NCBI GenBank assembly: GCA_001643675.2 | Contig: LSRY02000006.1 | Span: 1,798,001 to 1,862,000 of the forward strand | Source: Monocercomonoides exilis PA203 | Taxonomy: Eukaryota; Protista; Preaxostyla | Direction: 5' to 3' | Length of the DNA stretch: 64,000 nucleotides | Shown: positions 20,777 to 32,900 of the stretch, in pieces | Layout: every line of letters starts with the position of its first letter | Position numbering within the stretch: the stretch's first letter is position 1 | Notes under the pieces: model-generated | What the model was told of the DNA's origin: nothing | Seen by the model: only the letters and a program-made list of their open reading frames with translations | Databases searched by the model: none | Program-made: the position numbers and the translations under genes

Positions 20777-23700
20777 TAAGCCTCTGCGACAAAAAAATTT
20801 TGTTGGTAATTTGTCGGTCGAGCTGAAAGGCTTATGTCGTGCAATTTTTGAATATGCGATTTTCATTTTTATTGATTTGAGTGGACTTTTGAATACAGAT
20901 AATCGTGTTTTTATTTTTCATGTTTTTTTTCAATGTTAAACTTTTCTATGATTGAATTGTTTTGACTAATATGAAACAATCAGTGATAAGTGGGAAGAAA
21001 CAAAGAATAATATGTTCGGATCAATTTGAAAATACATTTCCTTGATGTAATTACATTCACATTTGCAATCATGTTTGCTTAAGTACGATACACTTACAAT
21101 GCAACACATTTCTGTAATTTCAACATAGAAAAGCAAGGAATTCATTCTTCTTTCCATTAAATAATAAATTGGACATTTTATTAAACTATATAATTCAAAT
21201 TTCGACTATTTCTTATTGCCAGTAAATAATAATATAATAACGAAAGAGGAAATGAGCATATGAACAAACAGAAGTCAATCATTTTTGTTTTTAGAATAGA
21301 TTCATTCCAAATCCCTGTCAGAAGGCGTCATTTTTATTCCTGATCATTTTATCTATTTTTACTGCAAATAAACACTATTTGGCAATATGCACACAGACTG
21401 CGGTTGAAGATTATTTTTAAAAAAACAATGCTTCTGAAGTTGATGAAGGAACAATTTAACTTTTTCAAACCAATACAAAAAAACAGAAAGAATGCATTAT
21501 AGGAATTTTTTTGGCTGATGCAGATGCGGTGTTTCAGCAGGAAGAACATTAGGGACAATTCAACATCGGTGGTGCACAGATCAAGTTAAAATTTCATATT
21601 TCCATTTTTGCCATTGCTATTCCTTGTGTGGAGCAGGTACAACAGGCTTTATGATCACTTCAACCTACAAAGAGATTTTTTCTTATAACTGCTTTTCCAC
21701 AACAATTCATGCGTGAAAGGAGGATATGATATTGTTCTGCAAAATTCAACTGAAAATAACATTGATTTGACCTGTTATTAAACAAGGAAAACATTGAATA
21801 GAGCAAGCACAAAAGATCAATTTATAATTGAAAAAAGCGAATGGATGAGATATAATTTTGGAAAAATTAGATAATTCTCCTCAACGAAAACAGAACTTAA
21901 TTCCATTGATGCATATACAAGTGGAAGGGATGAAAGCCATCTTTGTGGCACTATCAGCATTTCACTTTCTCAATTGATACCCAATTATATTTCAGATATT
22001 GAGATTCTTGCGGGAACGATCACAGAAACCAAGACAGTGGACTTTGGTTCCAACTTTAACACAATATATGGCCAAAGCGATTATTCCAAAGCAGTGCTAA
22101 TATGATTTGAAGAATCAGGTTTATCTCTTTTTTCGTTCTCGACAAATTCATTGACTGTTGGAGATCTTGCCCTATTTCATGACTCTGCATATGGAAATTA
22201 TTGTGGCACGAGGCTATTTGAGATTATCAGAATAAGAGAGTTGCATATTAGCAGACTGAATATATCTGTTTGAGGTGCTCAATCTTCAGAAACAGCAGTT
22301 GTCTCAGAGCTATTAAATAATGAGAATGAAAAAAAACGACGGAATATCTTTGCATTGAAAGAAATGATTCAGTTATTTTATTATTTTTCTAAAGTTCAAC
22401 GTGCGAAACATTCCGAACTTTTGAATGTTTTTAGATGGGAAAAAAAGAACAATTACAAAGCCATGGATTGCAGCTGAAGAAATGCAAACACCGTCATTCA
22501 AAGGCTCCAGGTGAAATAGATGAAAACAAAAGATTTTAAAATCGTTCAGTAGTAGGTTAGGGTTTTGATGCTGATATGTGCGCAGATCCAAAAGAAGCCA
22601 GAAGCCAAATGGAATTAGAGAAGGAAGAGATAGAAGATTTAACTGATGAAAGTGCAAAGAGCAAGCGTCAACTTGGCTCGAATCAGATATCTTCAAGAAG
22701 CAATCTCGTTGTCTTGTTGCAGAAAATATGTTATCCACAAGAATGCTGCAGACACTTCCAGTGGATCCACCGAAAGATATGCAACACTCATTCTCAGCGA
22801 CTCTCACTCGTCCACAAGCTTTCATTGCCAAATACAAAGCACCCAAATCATCCCTTTCCAGTGAATCACTTTTCTCACAACAAGCATTTCATTCAGTTGA
22901 GTAATCTATTTTAGCTTTCCTGCAGCACTTCTTCCGCAATTGCATCAAATTCGACGGTCGTCTCTTTATTTTTCCTTGTACTAAAATGAAAAATTACTCA
23001 TTAGAACTCCAAACATTCATCCCATCCAACGTTTCTTCACGTCATTAATTCCCTTCTCGTTCTTCACAGCCAGCTTCAATTGTATCCTCTTTCATTTCAT
23101 TCAAAGGTTTTCAACAACCACAAACGCAGTGCTTTCGTCAGATATTTCGGAAGACTCACTAATCTTCTCTTTTCAATTAGTACTTCTCGTGCAGAATACC
23201 ATAGAACAATCATTTTCTTTTTTTCATCTTTGATATAGTTTTTTTCAATGTTGAATTTTATTTTCTCTTTTATTCCTTTGATGATAACGCAGATTATTAG
23301 GAAAAAAACATTTCTCATATGCAATTTCCAATTTCAAAAATAATTTTGTCTGTTAGTCGTTCTAATGGGCATTACTAAAAGCACTTATCCGAGATATTCA
23401 ATAGGTCACGAAGTTCGATCAGTTGACAAATGATCCAATCAAATTATGTTTATTCAATTGTTTTTCAAATTTTTAATTAAAAAATCAAATGAAAAATTTC
23501 GCAACTTCACAAACATATTCCTATCAAAAAAACCATATATTCAGTATTGGCCACAAAAATGTTTGGAGAATTCAACATAATACTTTTCAAAAACATTTCA
23601 GGAAAGAGATATGAACTAAGCATGAAATAAAAACTAAACAAGATATAATCGTATGCAGGAACGTTAAAATTAGGGAACATGAAACATTCAACAAAAATTT

Positions 23701-24004
23701 CATTCAATTTGACTTCAACATCTCGACTGATCTTTGTCGAACGACTGATCTTTGTCATTCTACTGATCTCGACAAAGATCTGTCGAGTTCCCTTAAAAAT
23801 ATTTTCATTTATCTTTTTTGCAAAATAATTTTTTCATAAAAAATAAATAAAATGATATTATGTTAATAATTGAACAATTATTAAAAGAAAATAATAATTA
23901 TTTTATTCTATTTTTCATCTCAAAATTAATAATAAACTAAATAACTTTTATGTCGGTCGAATTGTCGAGAGGCTCTTGAAATGTCGGTCTGTCGCAGAGG
24001 CATA
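20777..24004. mobile_element. 3.2-kb non-autonomous TIR element (hAT-like if 8-bp TSD TAACATAT) carrying decayed gene-like cargo
   Basis: TIR TAAGCCTCTGCGACA / TGTCGCAGAGGCATA (14/15); TAACATAT at 20769-20776 and 24005-24012; clustered TGTCG/CGAC subterminal motifs at both ends. Confidence 0.8.
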
Positions 24005-24113
24005 TAACATATTCTTATTTCAAAATTTTACAAAAATTTCAAAATAACACGAAAATTGTGCAATTCATCTAATGATGAAACTTAAATGAACTATTAAAAA
24101 CTTTGTGGTAAGT

Positions 24114-24593
24114 GGGAACAAAACGTACTGTTCCAAATGCTTTTAAAAACGTAAATGTTCGTTATCAAAATAAGTAATAAGTCCTTGTGGGATATTTTTA
24201 CTGGTAAATTTCGTCTAATTCGAATAATAAAATAGGTGACCCATTTTTGATATTCTTAATCAACAAAACACCTGTTTTTTTATCTTTTTTGATAAATAAA
24301 ACCCTATTCAATAATTTAGGTTCATATTTCAATTTATATTATACCCTAATTCACTCGCTGTGAAGACATTGAAACCAATATCCTCTCTTAAACCTAATAA
24401 AAACATTTGAGAAATAATATTATTAGGGTTTGATCATTGATTTTTTGATGAAAAAGGCGATTATTTATCACTTGAATTTTGAGTCGATAATGAATATTTC
24501 AATTTTATTGATTGCTTTATATCCATTTGGTGTTGCTTTTTTTAGAAATAAAACTTTCTTTGTGTTATTTTTTGAATAGTACGTTATGTTCCC
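24114..24593. mobile_element. Degenerate inverted-repeat element (~480 bp)
   Basis: GGGAACAAAACGTACTGTTC vs GAATAGTACGTTATGTTCCC (18/20 inverted); no clean TSD. Confidence 0.45.
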
Positions 24594-25200
24594 ATTCACA
24601 AACTTTGTTGTATAAAGTGCAATTGATTATTATTTATAATTAATCGGATATTTAACTTTTTTCTTATCTTTTTTTTCATTTTATTTTATATTTCTACAAT
24701 GAAATTCGTTATTTTTAACATAAAAATGACTTTGAAGAATTCAAAATCAATGAAATTTAACTTTTTAATAATTTTCCTGATTCAAATTGTTTAATTGAAG
24801 AATTAATAAATTTTTCGAAAATATATAAAAAAGACAATCATTCAAAAGAAGAAAATTTTTCTTGACAATGTAATATGGATGAATGAAAAGATTGATTATG
24901 AAGAAAATTTGATTTATCGGCTTTATCCAGAATTCTCTTGATTTAAACGTTTCTACCAGATAAATTGCAAAACTGATGGGCTCTGATTGAAGTGACATTC
25001 ATTATTTTTTCAAATCAAATGCTTATAATTATTTGAATTATTTTTTATTCATAATTTCTATTTTATTTTTTACACGAAACAAAAGATTTATCAAATATAC
25101 CATATTTAATACTTATTTGACAAAATTTATTTAGAAGCTAAATTAAAAATAAAACAACAACGACATTATTTTATTTTCATTAAAAATCCATTGCCAATTG

Positions 25201-28200
25201 ATGTCAAAGACTCACTCAAAGTCGAAAGGTATTTTTGCTTGAATTTATATTTTAAAGGTAACAGTTTTTTTATCATTGAATAATTACTAGGAATTCGTGT
25301 TGATCCAAGTAGTTTGCGAAAATTAAAAACATAACCTTATATTGATGTTTTTATTAATATGTATTTGAAGAGGCAATTCATTTTACGACTGCATCATCCT
25401 TAAATGATGATGAAATAATAAGAGCAACATTTCAGCAATTTGGAAAAGTAAATAATGTCGTCAACTTATCTGCTGGCTCAGAAAAAAACTATCTTCGCAA
25501 AGGATTTGTTGAATTTGATTCTAAAGATTATGTAAGACTTGCACTTTCTGCTGGAATAATTGTATGCAGTTTCTTTTTAATTTGATTTTTAAAAATGTTC
25601 CAGGTTGCAAATTATCAACATTCGCTATACAACATTTATATAAACCCACCTCGATGCAATCGATGTCTGTCATTAAAAAATCTTTCTCCATCCTTAACAC
25701 TAGAAAAATTTAAAAAATGGATGAAGTATGATAAAAACATTTTTCAAAGCGAATAACATAAACCGAATTATTTAGCGATAAATATCCTCATATATGCTCT
25801 ACTCTCTTAGATATTTCATTGCTTAAAGACATTCAATCAGGTAATCAAACAATTATAACTGAATTTTCCACTTCTGATGCAGCAAAAGCATTTTATGAAG
25901 TCCAGTTGCCATCCGATTTTAAAACACGAGATTTTGCACCACGATGGTTGGATGCATCTATGTGCTTTGGGAGCATTGTTTTATTAGAGTTTGACGAAAT
26001 GTTAACCTTACAGAAGCGGAATATTTTCAATGCATCAATTGTAAGTCAAGCATTAGAAATTGATGGAGAATTTCCTTTTATCTATCTGGGACCAAAAATT
26101 GTTGGTGAAAAAGTATTTCAAGGATCTGCAGAATTTTCACCAACACAGAGGGGCGAAAGCGTATGAGCATATAGTTTTTTATTTTATAATTATAATTTTT
26201 CAATTATTTTTTTCTTCTTTTGTGGGATAAATGGCCCGATCCAATTTTATACGTATCATAATTGATTTAGCTTGCATTGAAGCTTTTAAGCAAATATGGC
26301 TCAACTCCTGTTGTTGTTGAATCAATCTCCATCACTCTCAAAAAACACCCTCAATCAAGCGAAACTGCTCAAAGTTCTGAGAATGCGAAGAAAGAGCAAG
26401 CAGCTCCATTCTCAATCACAGATTCAACGGGGCTATTGTCATTTCCTTCAACAATGAAACAACCATCATTTCTGTTGGATTTTCCGTCTCCATCAACCAT
26501 TTCCTCTTCAAGTGATGCAATGCTTCGTAATGCTTCATTGTTAAAACAGTCACCTGAATCGCCACCTTCTATCAGCCAATCAAAAAAATCTGCACAACAA
26601 AACTTTCTTTCTGGTCAATCTACCAATCCTCCTTTAATTGAGCAGCAGATTTACCATGCGGAACAGTCTAAAGCCATTCAAGCAGCCTCAAAGCATCAGA
26701 CTGACAAATGGAATCATTCTCTGCCTGAAGCGTCCAGAAACAAGATTACAGACAGTTGTAATAGCACAACGAAAAATGACAAGACACAAGCAGAACAATT
26801 TAAATCAAAAACTGCTTCATTTAATACAGAAGGTGCAATGCAGAATTTCAATCCGATGATTCCAATTGACACGCTCAATAAAAATGCTCCGCAAGCTTCA
26901 CAACCTGTTTCCTCAATGCATCAACCTTCTTTTGGAAGGCAAACAACAGAGCCACCTGGTTTCCAAAATGAGACTTTTCAGCTTGATCCAGGCAGCGAGG
27001 CATTTGTGCCGCTTTCACGAAGAAGCAAACCCCTCAGACACTCTTCTGAACAAAGCAAAACTGACAACACAGTTCCACCTCTGGCTAACAATTCAACAAA
27101 GTTTTCCAGTCCAAGCTCTTTTCGCTCCTCTCTGCCAATCACACAGTCTGCTCCCTTTTTTCCGGTTGGAACGACATTGCCACCGAAAATGCTGGGGGAT
27201 TCCCATAAAGATGACTCTCCAGTTCCCTCTGAAGGATTTAATCTACTCGAACCACCAATGATTAACCCCTTTCCAGCTCACACACAGACAACTTCACTAC
27301 CGCAGAGTTACCCGGTTTCTTCATACAACACATATATGTCACTTGGAATGCAAACCAGCACCAGCACGAACAACACACATAACAATTCGATGCCTCACGA
27401 AGTTGCTACAGCAGAAAAACTGGCTTCGAATTCGCCAACTTCTTCTTCACAATACACCCTCGTTTCAGATCCCCAAAAGGCATCATGGGGCCAAATGCTT
27501 CCTCGTATTGATCCAGTTCAGTCTTCTCCTCAGATTGCACCAGCACCCACCGGGTCTGTCGCAACATCTGTCGCAACATCAGTTGCACCATCATATCCTT
27601 TTCAGCCTCCGCTGATTGTGAATTCGGCAGCTGGACATGCAAGCCATGAAACGTTCCACCATCCCAGCGTCTCCAACTTGCCTTCTGTCACAGTCGGCAA
27701 TAGCACAGATCGAGACAAGCTTCTTAAATCCACCCTTTACCCAGCAACTCAAACCTTTTTCGGTCCTCAAATCATGTCTGGTACTTCTCCTTACAATACT
27801 TCGTTTTCTTCCCCGTCTCCTTCTCCTTATGCCAACCAGAATTTCTCGCTTTTCCCAGCAAGCCACACCGATCAGCGTGAGACGTCGCCTGCCCTTCAGT
27901 CATATTCCACATTCGGCAGCTTCCAATCGTCACCCTATCTTTCATCCTCCACTTCGATCGCGACAGCCCCGCTTCTCTTCTCCTGCTCGCCTGCTCTGTC
28001 GGTCCAGCCCCCTCAAAATTCTTCTCAGCCAACCCAGTTATCATCCGCAGCTTCTCCTCAGATCGTCCCTGCGTCTTCTCCCGGACTGTATCCAACTTTT
28101 ATCTCTTCGCCTTATTTGGGCGACTCCATCGGCTCGACGTTGGGGACGCACTTTCCTGTGGCTCAGTCACCTTTCAACTGCTCTCCGTGCAACAACCCCC

Positions 28201-29450
28201 CTTTGCAACTGACTGCTTCCACACAAACTCATCCTTTTGCAAATGAAAACAGCATAAGAAATACGTTTACTGTTAATATGAAAAGACAAGCCAAGCCATT
28301 TCCTCTGTCTCTGCCGGGATCAAAATCTTCAAACAACGATGGATCCAATCACGGATTCACAGCAATATCATTGTTTTCACGCAGCTCTTCTTCGGTGTCT
28401 TCCACTGAGTCTTCTTATTCTGCCTCGTTTGATTCAACCACGGTGCATTCTCACTCGGCTCCTGACTCAAAAAACGGCAAAAAGGCAAACAAGTCGTATT
28501 TTGACGGATCGACAGCCCATTCTTCCACCAGCTCAATCGACTTCTCCACTTCTGAGTCCGACTCCAGCTCTCTGCTGTCTCTCCACTCTTCTGACAGGTC
28601 CCACAACAGCAAGCACAAACGCTCATCGTCTCTGTCTGAGTCATCAACAGCATCTGCACCATCATCCACGAGGGCAGATGGAGCAATGTCACATTCACCC
28701 AGCCAGGAGTCACTGGATGAGATGACAGCGTCGAGCCGAGGCTCCACAAGCCAGTCGAGCACGCACAGCTCGGAGACACAGGAAAACAACGGAAGCAACT
28801 ATGAAGTGAGAAGAGATTATCAGAACAGCACTGAAGGTAAAGGCAAAGGCAAAGGCAAAAGCAAAGTCAAAGTAAATGGAACCCACAAACGGAACTCAGT
28901 TCCAAGGGAGTCTTTGCTTTCTCAGGACACATTTTCGTCCACGCCGGAGCATCTGTCCTCGTCTGTTACATCCTCTCTGAAGATCTCTACACTCCACAGT
29001 GCAACGCACACAGCTAGCAACTCCCCTTTCCATCGGTCGATCTCATTCGTGTCGGAAATCGCGCGGTTGGGAGAAAGACACAGCAAAAACCAAACAGCCA
29101 CCTCGTCCAGCTTGTCCAATGCATCGCAGATCCACCGCTCGTCTTCGAACTCAACGTCTGTGTCGATGTCTTCTACGAACTCGAACTTCTCAACCTCGAG
29201 TTTGTTTATCCCGGACTTCATACCCTCGGAAATCCACTCCATTCAGCAGCAAGAGATGCACAGCTACGGCTTTGCTTCAGACAACCTGTGCTCTCCGATG
29301 CACTCGCCATCACGCATACCAATTACGATGGTTGACTCATACGACGATGGAGCTACTTCGGTTTCTTCTTCGATGTCGTCTTCGCTGCACGAAAGCGTCT
29401 CAAGCAATCACAATGCAGAACCAGCCATTACTTGGAACACGCAGTGTTAA
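25201..29450 (+). CDS. Multi-exon RRM-containing RNA-binding protein with ~1000-aa Ser/Pro-rich tail
   Basis: Exon ~25371-25561 reads DEIIRATFQQFGKV...RKGFVEFDSKDYVRLAL (RNP1-like); further degenerate RRM-like exons; long last exon 26277-29450; GT-AG introns; start inferred. Confidence 0.7.
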
Positions 29451-29925
29451 TGGCCAAGTGTTTATTTTTTCTTTTTTTTGCTATTCTCAATATTTATTAA
29501 ATTGTGATTCACTCTAGTGATTGAGAGAATGCTGTATTTGTAATATTCATTATATTCTTTTGGGTTTTAGTATTTATGATGTTTTCTGTCTCATGTTGTG
29601 AGATTTTTTATCTTATTTTTATGTTTTGAGTATATTTTTTATGTATTTGGTTATTTTTTACTTTTTATTTGCTTTTATTTTCTACACTTTTGTTTTCTAT
29701 TTTCGTTGGGTTTGCTTACCCCCGAATCGTGCATATCTGTACATGAAAGAAAAGCTTGTTTTTATTCATAACTTCAGCTATCAGTATTTTTATTGCGAAA
29801 GATGGCTTTGATTCCAAACAGTCATAAATAAAATGAAATAAAATAAAATAAAATATATAAAAAACAATAAAATAAAATAAATCGAGTAACAAATCGAAAA
29901 GCTAATAAATAAGAAGCAACTCTGT

Positions 29926-32900
29926 TTATTGAGTCTCCTTTACATTATCGCTGCTGCTTTTAGTTGGCTGAGAGAAGAAGAATGAGCCTTCAGATGAGGG
30001 AGCATCTGCTTTTTTAGTTGAAGATGAAGCAGCATCAGAAGCTGAATTCGTGCCAAAGAAGAAGAAACCTTCGCTTGGATTCTGTCCAGTTGCAATTGGT
30101 GCTGGAGAAGGTGATTGTGAAGATGCAGAAGGCTTTGATGAATCCGATGATGATGATGATGACGAAGATGACGAAGATGATGTTGTTGTTGGAGCTTGCT
30201 CGTCTTTCGAGGCCGAAGAAGCAGAAGAAGCAGAGGAAGAGGAAGATTGTGCTGTGGGTGAAGTGAAGAAAAACCCAAACGATCCGGCTGGAGCTGAGGC
30301 ATTTGAGGAAGCAGTTGATTGAGAGGCTGAAGAAGGTGCTGTTGAAGAGGAGTTATCTGAAGGAAAGGCGAAAGATGGAGTATGCGAATGAGAGGGAGTT
30401 GCAACTGCAGAAGAATTTGGAGATGAGAAAAATGAGCCTTCAAAAGATGAAGTTGATGTCTGAGAAGAAGAAGAAGAAGAAGAGGCAGTTGTTTTGCTTG
30501 CAGATGATGCAGCATTTGAAGGAGTTGCAGTTGAAGAGAAAAACGAGGAAGACCCACCGAAAAACGATTGGGCTGCTGGGGCTGGCGATGCATTAGCAGA
30601 TGATCCTTTTGGGGGCGTGCTTTGCTTTGTTCCAGTTGCATCCTTTTTCAATGCGTCTTTTGTGCTTGCTGCTTTTCCCGCTGTTCTAGTATTTACTACG
30701 CTTTCTTCCTCAATATCTTCAATTTCTTCTCCATAATCTCCGTCTTCCTCATCTTCATCTTCATCGTCATCATCAAGCGAAATCATAAAGCCACCAGAGC
30801 TTGGCTTGCTCTTCTCCTGTTTCTTTTCAATGCTCTTCTGCCCATTCCCTCCTTCTTCACCTGTTCCTTCCTCTTTTTTCTTTTCTCCTGCATCTCCTTC
30901 TTCGTTCTCGTCCTCCTCGTCGTCTTCTTTCTCTTCGTCGCTGTCGTCCAAGCTGATGCTCAGCGGCTGCGGATCCACCGGCTTCACTTCCTCTCTCGCT
31001 TTGATTTTGAAAACCAGCTGCTTCTTCTTCTGCTGCTTCTCGGCTTCTTCCTCCGTCTCTTCCCACAGCGGCGCTATCAGCCCTGCAATCGACCCAAATC
31101 CGCTTTTCGGCTGCTCTTTCTCGTCTGCTGCAGAACTTGACGATGAATCTGCAGAAGAAGAAGAGCTGGATGCTTCGGCTTTCAGTTCACTTTCATTCGA
31201 ATCGAAGCTCCGTGTCTTCTCTGCCGTGTCAAACTCCCTCAAATCCATTGCGTCTTCCGCTGTTTCTTCGTCAATGGCATTCGACGCGTCTTGTGTGAAG
31301 ATAGAAAGAGGCAGTCCAAGCGCATCAATCGCCTTCACCTGTGTGAGTGTGATGTCTTCCCCAGTGACGCTGTCTGCCAATGGCTCTTCCATCAGAAGCG
31401 CCGAGAGCTGCTCGTCTTCGCCTGGAATTTCGCTTCCCGTTGCCTCACTCGAAGAAACTGAGGAGGAATTAAAAAGCGATTCCCAGCTGTTTATGGCTGT
31501 TTGGGATGAAGTTGATTCTGCTGTCTTCTTTTCTTCGCTTTTAGCTTCCTCATCGCGTTTGTCCACCAGTTCCAGTAGAGTGTCGTGGTAGTTCCCATCA
31601 AAATCAACAGACCACAAATCTGTCTCATCTTTCTCATCTTTCCCATTTTCATTACTCATTTTCTTTCCGCTTTTGCTCTTTCCGTCTCCCTTTTCTTTGT
31701 CTGTCTCCTTTTTCCTGCGTGCATCTGACGCCTTCATCAAAGTACTATTCACAAGAACTGTGCCTGGGTGTGGTGGAATAATAGAATACAAGTCATACAG
31801 TCTTGGATTGAGTGCTGGAGGAAGTGTTGGCTCTTTCAAGCTTCCTCCGGCTTTTCCAGCAAGTTTCGCTTTCTTCTTTGCAAATGCTTCTTTCAGTTGC
31901 TTCACTTGCTCCTCTCTATCTTGATCGTCTGCTGCAAATGCTCGCGTTTTCTTTCCAGAGCACACAAAAGTAATCAGATTGTAACGTTGTGGTTGAGCAC
32001 TCGGCAAAGCATCTTCGCCTTCTTTTGCTTTTGACTGTTCAACACTTTCCTGTGGTTTTTTGGTTGCATCTGTTTCTTCTTCAATCTTCTCTATTTTCAG
32101 AGTACTTCTCTCTTTCTCATCCAGACAAGCTGCGTCTCCGTCGTTTCCTGCCATCGAAGAAAAAAGCGCACGAGGAAGTGGGAACAGCGGAGGTGTGCCC
32201 CATTCATATGGAACCTCTGCTGTGTCGTCTTCACTGAGCATCTTCACATACTGCAGAACATGCTCAGCTGCTTCTATTTCTGACAATACGCCAGGTAGCC
32301 GCTTCGACTCCAGTAAACGTCTGGCTTTTTTCTTCTCTCCTTCTTTCTTCAGCAGCTTCGCTTCCTTTTGCAGCGCCTTCTCCTTCTCTATCATCCGAAG
32401 CTGAAACGGAGTGTATTCCTTCTCTTCCTCCTCTTTCTTCGTGTGCAAGCGCTTGCACACCCTCAGAATCTGCTTGTCGTTCATTAACAGCGCAAACTGC
32501 ACCGCCTGCTTTCTGTTCCCCCTCAAAAGAGCCTCTAAGCATCCACGCACAAGAAGTGCAAACACTCCCGTCTGCCGCAGAAGAATACGCACTTTCGCAG
32601 ACACGTCACTCGGATAGAACGAAGAACTGGCTGAAGAGCAGCAAGCAACTGATGTGTTTTCGTTGTTCGAAGAAGAAGACGAAGAAGACGATGGTGATGA
32701 TGACTCTATTTGTGTGTTTAGAGATCCCTTCTCTCTGAGTGTGATCGCTGTGGATATCTCATCAACTGTGTGTGATGCTTCGAGGAGTGCTCCGTCGATG
32801 TCACCCACAGACAGCATAATCAACATTGACAGCAAAGGAGAAGAATCTGGCAGCGACGCAAACAAACCACGTGGTGTGGACAGAAGTGGAGAAGGAAGCT

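Noticed and set aside
20777-24004. Autonomous hAT transposase inside the TIR element
   Set aside because: No BED finger, CxxH, TRW or ERxFS motifs found in the provided ORFs or the frames I read by hand.
24295-24432. Telomere-like AACCCT/TTAGGG motifs
   Set aside because: Isolated single units inside a decayed inverted-repeat element, not an array.
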